Shown: one piece after another, positions 54,490 to 63,437 of the stretch
How the letters are laid out: each line of letters begins with the position of its first letter
Position numbering within the stretch: the stretch's first letter is position 1
Assembly (NCBI GenBank): GCA_964019335.1
Contig: OZ025681.1
Span: 310,001-374,000, forward strand
Source: Diplonema japonicum
Taxonomy: Eukaryota; Protista; Euglenozoa: Diplonemea
DNA length: 64,000 bases
Direction: 5' to 3'
The notes under the pieces: model-generated
What the model was told of the DNA's origin: nothing
Database searches by the model: none
The model's input: only the letters and a program-made list of their open reading frames with translations
Position numbers and translations under genes: made by a program

Positions 54490-56724
54490 CTAAATGGTAC
54501 CTTCCTGAGCATCTGTTGGGCTGGCAGGACCAGTCATAGAGAAAGAAGGGTACTGCGAAGGTCCTGTGGGGGACTGGAAGGGCGCATTCTGCGGGGATCC
54601 AGAAGTATAAGGATTCGCAGCAATCTGCGTCCCATTCCCAGCAGGGGATCCGGAGGTATAAGGGTTGCCTGATGGTGGTGGCACGTACCCAGGGGAGGCA
54701 GGGGCTACAGGAAGCCCGGGTGGACCGGGAGCAGGGAGTTTTGGAGGATCAACCTGTCCAGGAGGAGCAGAAGGGATTGGACCCTGAGGGAGTCCGGGAG
54801 GGCCAGGAGCCCCCGGAGGGGAAGCAGGGGGAACATATCCCCCTTGCTGCTGCTGCTGCTGCGGCCTGTAAGCCACGCTGCTGGGATCATAGTTTGATCC
54901 GCTGTCAGGGAAGAGGTCGAACTTTGTGTCATTAACATCGTAAGGAGCAGAGGAGGAGACCTGAGGGATCTGATCGAAGCCCTTCTGGCTCAGGGACTTC
55001 CTGATCGCAAACAGCAGCGACACCAACGAGTGCGACTTGTTCTGCTGGGTGGCGACGAGGAAGGCGGAGGTGAGGGCCCCACCGGCCTTGTTGTCCGCCA
55101 GCTCCACGAACGCCTTCCCCACCGCCTGCACATCTGCAGAAGTCGAGGCATCCTCGCACCCTGAGATCATGATCGCATCGCAGTCGATTCTGTTCTTCTC
55201 TGACATCTGGTCCCCCATCATCTTGCACTTCTTCTCTGTCTCCGATGCGATCGCGTAGTACGGCAGGTCCAGTACCGTCCCGCTGTGGCAGCAGTCCATG
55301 ATGGAGAGCAGCCTGTTCCCCCTGGGGATCCGCTTCACCAGGTCGTGCTGCAGCTCGTCGTCCGAGATCATCCCCTCCGTCTCGTAGTCCACAGGGCAGA
55401 TCGTCTCGTCCAGACCGTCGATCTCGTCCCCAGTCTCGTCCTTCTCCTGCGACCCGTGGCCCGAGAAGTGCATGAACAGGGTCTTGTTGTCGTTCGTCGA
55501 CACCCCTTCCACGAGCCACGCCATCCCCCTCTGGATGTTCGCCTTCGTCGGCTGCTTCACGTAGTCCTGCTCGTCGTCCGTCAGCACCCTGATCTCGTAC
55601 GCCCCGTGCAGCCGCTGTGCCAGTCGGTTCACATCGTTGATGCACCCCGACAGCTCGCCCCCTGTCCCGTAGTAGTTGATCCCCACAAGCAGAGCCTTTC
55701 GGTTGCTCGGGCCGTAGCAAGTAGGAGGAGGGACAGGGGCAGGTGTGAAGTTCTGGATGTTGTTGTTGTTCAGCCTCAAACGAGGGCGGTTGCCCCCTAA
55801 GATGTCCAACAGCATTTCAGCCATGATGAGGTCCACAGCATGCTGTGGGAGCAAAGGGTGGCTCTGCTCCTGGACAGTGACGAGCTTTGTTTTGACCAAA
55901 CCAATCCAAAACCCGTGTGCCCCCACCAACCACGCGGCGATGAACAAGTAGAACCCATACCCGAACTTGAAACTGTTCCCCAGTTTGGCATCCCCGCAGT
56001 CCTTCACTTTCTTGTACAGCAAAATCACAGCAAGAGCCAACAGAGCACAATTGGCACAGAATGAAATGGTTGCCGCGAAGGCACGGAGGTTCTTGCGGTA
56101 GTTCCATTCCCGCTTCGGTGGGCTGGCGATGAGGTACGTCAGGACAATGAGGATGTAGACACCCATCGAGACCAGTGAGATGATGAAGATGTTCTCTGCC
56201 CAGAACCAGATGCTGTCGAACTCAGAGGGCGAGCACCCGGGGATACTGGACTTCAATAAGTTCACAATATCTTTTCGCGAGGAAAGCAACCCGATATCAT
56301 CGATTTGTGCAGTCGAGGGGTCGGGCGCCTGAGTTGATGGGGCACGTGTGGTGCCTGCCGGTTGGGGTGTTGTCCTTGGGGCAGCTGTGAGCTTCCTAAT
56401 CTCATCCTTGAATGAAGGTGCGTCGAAAATAGGAGCATCATAAATAGGTGCGGACCAAACAGGTGCAAGGTTAGACTCATCGTAGCCACCATTGTTACCA
56501 CCACCACCATTGTTACCCCCACCACCGTTACCCCCACCACCACCACCACCACCACCGCCGTTGTTGCCACCATTATTCCCACCTCCATCAGTATCCCCAT
56601 CATACTTGAAAAGCGCCCCCTCACGACCCCCTATCCCCAGCAGGACCATGGCCACCACAACGGCGACTACCTTCCTTGCCAGGGCTATTTTGTCGAGGCC
56701 CCTTTCATGGCGGGTGTATGCCAT
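54490..56724 (-). CDS. Amastin/claudin-like four-TM domain fused to metacaspase (peptidase C14B) with Pro-rich tail, copy 1
   Basis: Four hydrophobic helices ending FGYGFYLFIAAWLV, then RKALLVGINY, LSGCINDV, HFSGHG (His), DCCHSG (Cys), SGCED...SAD and QIPQVSS. Confidence 0.9.
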   Translation of the reverse strand: MAYTRHERGLDKIALARKVVAVVVAMVLLGIGGREGALFKYDGDTDGGGNNGGNNGGGGGGGGGGNGGGGNNGGGGNNGGYDESNLAPVWSAPIYDAPIFDAPSFKDEIRKLTAAPRTTPQPAGTTRAPSTQAPDPSTAQIDDIGLLSSRKDIVNLLKSSIPGCSPSEFDSIWFWAENIFIISLVSMGVYILIVLTYLIASPPKREWNYRKNLRAFAATISFCANCALLALAVILLYKKVKDCGDAKLGNSFKFGYGFYLFIAAWLVGAHGFWIGLVKTKLVTVQEQSHPLLPQHAVDLIMAEMLLDILGGNRPRLRLNNNNIQNFTPAPVPPPTCYGPSNRKALLVGINYYGTGGELSGCINDVNRLAQRLHGAYEIRVLTDDEQDYVKQPTKANIQRGMAWLVEGVSTNDNKTLFMHFSGHGSQEKDETGDEIDGLDETICPVDYETEGMISDDELQHDLVKRIPRGNRLLSIMDCCHSGTVLDLPYYAIASETEKKCKMMGDQMSEKNRIDCDAIMISGCEDASTSADVQAVGKAFVELADNKAGGALTSAFLVATQQNKSHSLVSLLFAIRKSLSQKGFDQIPQVSSSAPYDVNDTKFDLFPDSGSNYDPSSVAYRPQQQQQQGGYVPPASPPGAPGPPGLPQGPIPSAPPGQVDPPKLPAPGPPGLPVAPASPGYVPPPSGNPYTSGSPAGNGTQIAANPYTSGSPQNAPFQSPTGPSQYPSFSMTGPASPTDAQEGTI

Positions 56725-56821
56725 TTACTTTTTTGTTTTTTGTTTTTCTTTTTGTAATTCCTTTTTATACTTTTGATGCATTTGGTCCAGGGAATGCCTC
56801 ACTGAAAAAAAATATAAGAAA

Positions 56822-56857
<36 letters not shown>

Positions 56858-57269
56858 ACGAGAAGACAGGGGGAAAATGGAAAGGAACGGAAGATAAGAT
56901 AACAGTCCCCTCCCCCCCTTCCCCTCTCCACTGGTTTTGCTTCTTATTTCTTTTCCCTTTTTTTTCTTTCCATTCTTTTTTAAAAAAAATATTAAAAAAA
57001 ATCGGTCGGACGACTTTCAAAAGTATATCGTGGCAATGGACAATATACCATAATGGGTGAATTGGATTTATATGGAAAAAAAAAAAAAAAAAAAATCTCT
57101 AGTAATAAAAAACTAAAGATAGTGTGCTGAAGAAAGATAAACTCAAAGTTTAAAAAATAAAAAAAAGACAAAACTCCACTACAGGACTGTCTCTTGCGTG
57201 ACGCGGAGCTTTAATCTGTGGTAATGCTTCCCTTCTGGGACATAAACCATCTTGTAGAAAAAAAAAATA

Positions 57270-57345
57270 ACTATTTATTACCAACAAAGTAATGAGTCGT
57301 AATTTTAACGAGAGTCAAATTGTGGCTCATTTGGTGGTAAGTCAT
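57270..57345 (+). repeat. Short remnant of the Crypton-like hairpin family
   Basis: ctatttattaccaacaaagtaatgagtc...aacgagagt...ggctcatttgg.ggtaagt matches the reverse complement of 9925..10050. Confidence 0.6.
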
Positions 57346-57638
57346 TTTTTTTTTTTTTTTGAACCCTTTCGTTATTTGATTCACTACTTGACCAAATTGC
57401 TAGTAATCTGCGACAAGAAATAAAAAACTTAAAAAAAGATTGAAAAGAAAAGGTGTATCAGACACCAGTTTCGACTCCGTGAACTCAAATCTTTTTTTGT
57501 TTTTTTTTTTTTTTTTTTTTTTTTTTTGTCTTCTACTAGAAATATGAGGGTCACAATGTAAGCGAAGAAAATGACGAATGGGGTGTAAAGTAAAGTAAAA
57601 AGAAAATTATGTTTGAATTGGATTTATGTCATTTTAAA

Positions 57639-57670
<32 letters not shown>

Positions 57671-57980
57671 CAACCTGTCTTACCTTAAGTTACTCATAGA
57701 GTCAATATTTAAAAACAGGTGAGCAGTAAAGGTAACAACTTAATGAACGACTTCTGCGACGGGCCCTTGTGCCAATATGCGACACTAATATACAATCACA
57801 ACAACAAAAAATTTAAAAAAAAAAATAAAATAAAAAAGAAAATATCATCCGACTGATGGCGCCATCAAACCTTGTGTTCATGGCACGCAGTTTTACTTCC
57901 TGTCTGTTAGTAGAAGAAGGAAAAGGGGTGGGGAGAAAAAAACCAAACAAAGGGTTAGAAATGTTTTATTTTCTTCTTTA

Positions 57981-60092
57981 TTAAATAGTCCCTTCCTCCA
58001 ATGTCGGGCCTGGGCTCCCCGCCATAGAGAAAGAAGGGTACTGCGAAGGTCCTGTGGGGGACTGGAAGGGTGCATTCTGCGGGGACCCAGAAGTATAAGG
58101 ATTCTCAGCAACCCTTGCCCCCCGGCCTGCAGGAGGTACAGGTGCTCCCCGCCCTGCAGAAGGCACAGACGAGCCGTTTGTGTAAGGATTGCTAGCCGGG
58201 AGTGGCATTGCTCCGAAATTAGGTATCCCCTGGGTCAGCATAGGGAGCCCGGGGGGGCCAGGAGCCCCCGGAGGGGAAGCAGGGGGAACATATCCCCCTT
58301 GCTGCTGCTGCTGCTGCGGCCTGTAAGCCACGCTGCTGGGATCATAGTTTGATCCGCTGTCAGGGAAGAGGTCGAACTTTGTGTCATTAACATCGTAAGG
58401 AGCAGAGGAGGAGACCTGAGGGATCTGATCGAAGCCCTTCTGGCTCAGGGACTTCCTGATCGCAAACAGCAGCGACACCAACGAGTGCGACTTGTTCTGC
58501 TGGGTGGCGACGAGGAAGGCGGAGGTGAGGGCCCCACCGGCCTTGTTGTCCGCCAGCTCCACGAACGCCTTCCCCACCGCCTGCACATCTGCAGAAGTCG
58601 AGGCATCCTCGCACCCTGAGATCATGATCGCATCGCAGTCGATTCTGTTCTTCTCTGACATCTGGTCCCCCATCATCTTGCACTTCTTCTCTGTCTCCGA
58701 TGCGATCGCGTAGTACGGCAGGTCCAGTACCGTCCCGCTGTGGCAGCAGTCCATGATGGAGAGCAGCCTGTTCCCCCTGGGGATCCGCTTCACCAGGTCG
58801 TGCTGCAGCTCGTCGTCCGAGATCATCCCCTCCGTCTCGTAGTCCACAGGGCAGATCGTCTCGTCCAGACCGTCGATCTCGTCCCCAGTCTCGTCCTTCT
58901 CCTGCGACCCGTGGCCCGAGAAGTGCATGAACAGGGTCTTGTTGTCGTTCGTCGACACCCCTTCCACGAGCCACGCCATCCCCCTCTGGATGTTCGCCTT
59001 CGTCGGCTGCTTCACGTAGTCCTGCTCGTCGTCCGTCAGCACCCTGATCTCGTACGCCCCGTGCAGCCGCTGTGCCAGTCGGTTCACATCGTTGATGCAC
59101 CCCGACAGCTCGCCCCCTGTCCCGTAGTAGTTGATCCCCACAAGCAGAGCCTTTCGGTTGCTCGGGCCGTAGCAAGTAGGAGGAGGGACAGGGGCAGGTG
59201 TGAAGTTCTGGATGTTGTTGTTGTTCAGCCTCAAACGAGGGCGGTTGCCCCCTAAGATGTCCAACAGCATTTCAGCCATGATGAGGTCCACAGCATGCTG
59301 TGGGAGCAAAGGGTGGCCCTGTTCCTGGACAGTGACGAGCTTGTCCTGTACCAAACCAATCCAAAACCCGTGTGCCCCCACCAACCACGCGGCGATGAAC
59401 AAGTAGAACCCATACCCGAACTTGAAACTGTTCCCCAGTTTGGCATCCCCGCAGTCCTTCACTTTCTTGTACAGCAAAATCACAGCAAGAGCCAACAGAG
59501 CACAATTGGCACAGAATACAATGGTTGCCGCGAAGGCACGGAGGTTCTTGCGGTAGTTCCATTCCCGCTTCGGTGGGCTGGCGATGAGGTACGTCAGGAC
59601 AATGAGGATGTAGACACCCATCGAGACCAGTGAGATGATGAAGATGTTCTCTGCCCAGAACCAGATGCTGTCGAACTCAGAGGGCGAGCACCCGGGGATA
59701 CTGGACTTCAATAAGTTCACAATATCTTTTCGCGAGGAAAGCAACCCGATATCATCGATTTGTGCAGTCGAGGGGTCGGGCGCCTGAGTTGATGGGGCAC
59801 GTGTGGTGCCTGCCGGTTGGGGTGTTGTCCTTGGGGCAGCTGTGAGCTTCCTAATCTCATCCTTGAATGAAGGTGCGTCGAAAATAGGAGCATCATAAAT
59901 AGGTGCGGACCAAACAGGTGCAAGGTTAGACTCATCGTTGCCACCATTGTTACCACCACCACTCGGGCCATCATACTTAAAAAGGACTCCATCACGAGCC
60001 CCGACCCACAGCAGTACCCCAGCTATCACCACCGCTATGACCTTTCTTGCCAAGGCAAGTTTATCAAGCCTGCTAACGACACGTGTTACCAT
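57981..60092 (-). CDS. Amastin/claudin-like four-TM domain fused to metacaspase, copy 2
   Basis: First ATG at 60092 (MVTRVVSRLDK). Nearly identical to copy 1 at a 3455-bp offset except for the N-terminus and tail. Confidence 0.9.
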   Translation of the reverse strand: MVTRVVSRLDKLALARKVIAVVIAGVLLWVGARDGVLFKYDGPSGGGNNGGNDESNLAPVWSAPIYDAPIFDAPSFKDEIRKLTAAPRTTPQPAGTTRAPSTQAPDPSTAQIDDIGLLSSRKDIVNLLKSSIPGCSPSEFDSIWFWAENIFIISLVSMGVYILIVLTYLIASPPKREWNYRKNLRAFAATIVFCANCALLALAVILLYKKVKDCGDAKLGNSFKFGYGFYLFIAAWLVGAHGFWIGLVQDKLVTVQEQGHPLLPQHAVDLIMAEMLLDILGGNRPRLRLNNNNIQNFTPAPVPPPTCYGPSNRKALLVGINYYGTGGELSGCINDVNRLAQRLHGAYEIRVLTDDEQDYVKQPTKANIQRGMAWLVEGVSTNDNKTLFMHFSGHGSQEKDETGDEIDGLDETICPVDYETEGMISDDELQHDLVKRIPRGNRLLSIMDCCHSGTVLDLPYYAIASETEKKCKMMGDQMSEKNRIDCDAIMISGCEDASTSADVQAVGKAFVELADNKAGGALTSAFLVATQQNKSHSLVSLLFAIRKSLSQKGFDQIPQVSSSAPYDVNDTKFDLFPDSGSNYDPSSVAYRPQQQQQQGGYVPPASPPGAPGPPGLPMLTQGIPNFGAMPLPASNPYTNGSSVPSAGRGAPVPPAGRGARVAENPYTSGSPQNAPFQSPTGPSQYPSFSMAGSPGPTLEEGTI

Positions 60093-60164
60093 GTTATATC
60101 CTTTTCTTAACTTTATTTCACATTTGACAAGGGGCAAAAAAAAAAGAGGGAGAAAGGGGTAATC

Positions 60165-61505
60165 CTAGATTCTAGACAGCTTAGTTAACATCTCTCGCGC
60201 TTTTTCGGCCACACCGACACCGTGCTGGGATGCCCGGGATGTTTCTAGAATCTCCATAAGCTTCTGCGACGAGACGGGCCGGGAGTCTGCGAAAAGAAAA
60301 TTTGCAACGGGAAGCATGACGTCGCGAGGGGCGTCTTGTTCTAACGCAGAGAGAAGCACTTCGCAGAGAAGATGCGCAGGGACCCCGACTATCGAAGGGG
60401 AGCGAGAGACACATGTGATGAGAGATAGGGGTACGTCTGTGTGGAGGGAACGGAGCGAAGAGACCACAGATGATAAAAGCAAAGCATCTTTGGAGGTTTG
60501 AGAACATATGGATCGGAGCAGTGTGTCCATCACCTCGGGGTGGAAGAAAGTGTGCTTGGAGAAAAGCTTACAAATTTCATCGCAGGTGTTCAGAGGGATC
60601 ACGGTTTTTTGATGCGCGTCTGCTAAGAAACGGCAACACGCATCGAGGAGCTTTCTGTCATTTGAAGCAAAACCTGCCGACAGTACACCGGGGCTTTCCT
60701 CGGTTTTGAATGTGCGGTTTTCCATTTTTGTTATAAGCACTTCGCTGAATAATTTCATTGCGGTGTTTTCTCGATTCACGCGGAGCCGCGCTGCGGACCA
60801 CAAGCAAGCCGAGGTATACGCATTGTCGATTCTCCCGGTCGATTTGATGTAGTTTAGAATGAAATCCCTGCCGTTGAAATCGACAGCAGCTTTTGCAAAG
60901 CAATGCAGGGTGCCGATGCAATCCTCGAGGTTTGGCCGTGGTCCGAACTGTATCTTCTTCCTGCCCAGGGATCTGGGAAGCGCGTCGCCCGGGATGTTAG
61001 AAAGAAGGAAGAAACACGGTTTCAAAGTAACCGCACCGGGGTGGTTTGAGACAATCTCTGTCAACAGCGCGTTGTCGCCACCGATTCTGTTAAGCTCAGA
61101 GCGTGCGGACAGCTCTGAAAGGGACCATGTTAGTTCGCAGAGGTCCGGGATATTTAGCCCTTTGGTTGAAATGACCGATTCTACTAGACGAGGTACCGGG
61201 CCTGTTTTGACAGAGTACTTCGCAAAGCCGGACAACGCTGACAGCATTTCCGTTGAATTGTGGGGGACTTTCTTTCTGTGCAGCAGTGCAGCGATGGCTG
61301 TGGCCTTTTCCTTCCCCGCTACTCTGCATATTTCAGCGAGATCTCTTGCGGCGTACCTTGTGAGATCCCTCAGCTCTAGCTTTCGCACAATGTCCTCTGC
61401 TTCTTTGATCTTCCCCTGCGTGCGCGCCCTTCGGACCCATTGGGGTATTTCCCCCTTTCGCACTTCCGTTAAAACCGCTTGCTTCGCTTGATGCGACGTT
61501 TGCAT
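60165..61505 (-). CDS. Helical-repeat protein (OPR/HPR/FASTK-like), putative organellar RNA-binding
   Basis: Likely start MQTSHQ at 61505. Recurring ~35-40 aa units: EMLSALSGFAK, DLCELTWSLSEL, DCIGTLHCFAKA, YTSACLWSAARL. Confidence 0.65.
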   Translation of the reverse strand: MQTSHQAKQAVLTEVRKGEIPQWVRRARTQGKIKEAEDIVRKLELRDLTRYAARDLAEICRVAGKEKATAIAALLHRKKVPHNSTEMLSALSGFAKYSVKTGPVPRLVESVISTKGLNIPDLCELTWSLSELSARSELNRIGGDNALLTEIVSNHPGAVTLKPCFFLLSNIPGDALPRSLGRKKIQFGPRPNLEDCIGTLHCFAKAAVDFNGRDFILNYIKSTGRIDNAYTSACLWSAARLRVNRENTAMKLFSEVLITKMENRTFKTEESPGVLSAGFASNDRKLLDACCRFLADAHQKTVIPLNTCDEICKLFSKHTFFHPEVMDTLLRSICSQTSKDALLLSSVVSSLRSLHTDVPLSLITCVSRSPSIVGVPAHLLCEVLLSALEQDAPRDVMLPVANFLFADSRPVSSQKLMEILETSRASQHGVGVAEKAREMLTKLSRI

Positions 61506-61766
61506 GTTTTCTTTTTTTTTTTTTTTCCTCTTTTTTTTCTCAATTTGTATATCTTTTTTTTTATCTTTGTCCTTCCCCCCGTTACTTTTTTTTTCTTCTC
61601 CCCGTGGGTGTGTGGAAATAGTTCCTATTAGTAAGTATGCGGGTTTGCTCGTGCGAACAATCAAGGAAAAAAAAAAAAAAAAGAGAGAGAGAAAAAAAAA
61701 AGGAGGAAAAAGAGCCGGCCACCCCCCCCCCCCCCCCCCCCTAGTTGCACTCGAAAACATATATTA

Positions 61767-62306
61767 CATTGCCTGCACGTTATACTGATACCAATCAGGT
61801 ATTTTAATCGGTTCGGGTATTTAAATAGTGCAAAAATTGGCCGTGGCACGCAGAGGTCCTCTGTACCCCCGCAGATGTCGAGATGGGGTCCAGAAACACA
61901 AAATATGACCCACGGGGACAATGGACATGGGTTACTCATCAGCTAAAGGTTAGTTATAAGCTATTTTACGTTATTTCTTTTTTAATCGGTGAAAGTTTGG
62001 AGAAATAATGAGAAGACGCTGTTTCAAGAATGCAACAGGGAGGGATAAGAGACTAAGGGTGAGCTAGAGAGGTACTTCTGGGTGTTTAGAAGGCATGGCT
62101 ACCAGAGATGCATGAAGGAACAGCGCTTTGCTCCTTCTATCGTAAGCGTGGAGAGCCCATCCTACGTGTGGCTCAACGGAGTCCGCTTATTTGCACGAAT
62201 AAAAATAACGTTATTATAACGGGGTACGTAATAAGAGTATGGGCCCTTTTTTGCGTTATGGTATTTGTTGATAACGTTATGCTTGCGTTATAACGTGCAG
62301 GCCATG
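61767..62306. mobile_element. hAT-type MITE (~540 bp)
   Basis: 18-bp TIRs cattgcctgcacgttata / tataacgtgcaggccatg (1 mismatch). Flanking 8-mers atatatta / atatatga form a 7/8 TSD. Subterminal ataacg repeats. Confidence 0.75.
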
Positions 62307-62807
62307 ATATATGAATAAATTATATGAGTTGGTCCAGTCCGGGTCAATTCCGATATGAGGCCTATCCTTGGCGTGTAGTGTAAGATAAAAAAAGGTTAGC
62401 AAGAAAAATGAGTTGAAGAAATCTTCGAGAGACGTGTTCTCAACCACTACTCTTGTTCTTTTTAGCATTTGCCGTTTATTGTGCCGAAGGGGACCCCTCT
62501 TTTCTTCATCCTTTGTTTCTTTTTCATTGTTGCTCCGCCAAACAATAGTTTTTTTTTTTTTTGCTACCCGGCCTTCCACTTTCGGTTTCAACGCAAAGAG
62601 GGGTTACTTTCCTCTGGAAACATAGAACTCCTTTTTTTATTCGTTTACATTAGCCAACGAGGTTCAGTTCTCCTTTGGAAAGAAAAAGAAAAAAGAAGGG
62701 AGGGGGGAGGCAGCTATGCTGGCAAGAAAGGGGGGGGGGGGGGGGGGGAGAGCTTTGCAGGAAGAAATTTCGCCACATCGCAAAGAGAGGGAAAAAAAAA
62801 AAAGAAA

Positions 62808-63401
62808 CTCGATAAAATTTCAGTGTGCATGGGGGTGCTCACTGTTCTGTAAAGAAAAAAAAAAAAGAGACATTTAAGGGTATGTGACAGGTCTCAATCT
62901 ATCTCTTGATCGAACCTTTCTGCTGTGGTGTGGCCTTCGGCCCCTCGTTCACCCTCCTCGGTACCTTAGGTATGAAACCCTCAACCGAGTTGGTAAGGAC
63001 ACAATAGTAGTACAGTTGTTTCTCAAGGATGTGGCGGGTCGCCGGGGAGGCGAATACCGGTCTAGAGGAGTAGCCCCTTGTGAGCTGTTGTAGTAACCCA
63101 ACGTGCGTAGGGAGTGGACAGAAACTACTGACGCTGCTGGGAGTGGATGCGTTCTAGTACCGTTATTACCCGGCCTATTACACGCGCAGTCACTTGGATG
63201 TCCTCACCCTCTTCACAAGGCGAGAGCCCCTAGTCTATGGCCAGCTCAAGCCTGGAGACCTGTCAGCCATCGGATGATGGTACGGGATAAGCCGTGGGAG
63301 GACTGTTGCCTCAAACCATTGTCGTAGTACCACCTCAGTGACCGTGGCTTAAGCAAACTCCCCTTCTCGCAAGGCCTGTTCCACAGGTGAACGCTGAAGT
63401 C

Positions 63402-63405
<4 letters not shown>
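62808..63405 (-). mobile_element. Non-LTR retrotransposon 3' fragments
   Basis: 62808..62848 is almost identical to the terminus at 50548. Minus-strand VHSLRTLG and GYSSRPVF (frameshifted) match the family C-terminal motif. Confidence 0.65.
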
Positions 63406-63437
<32 letters not shown>

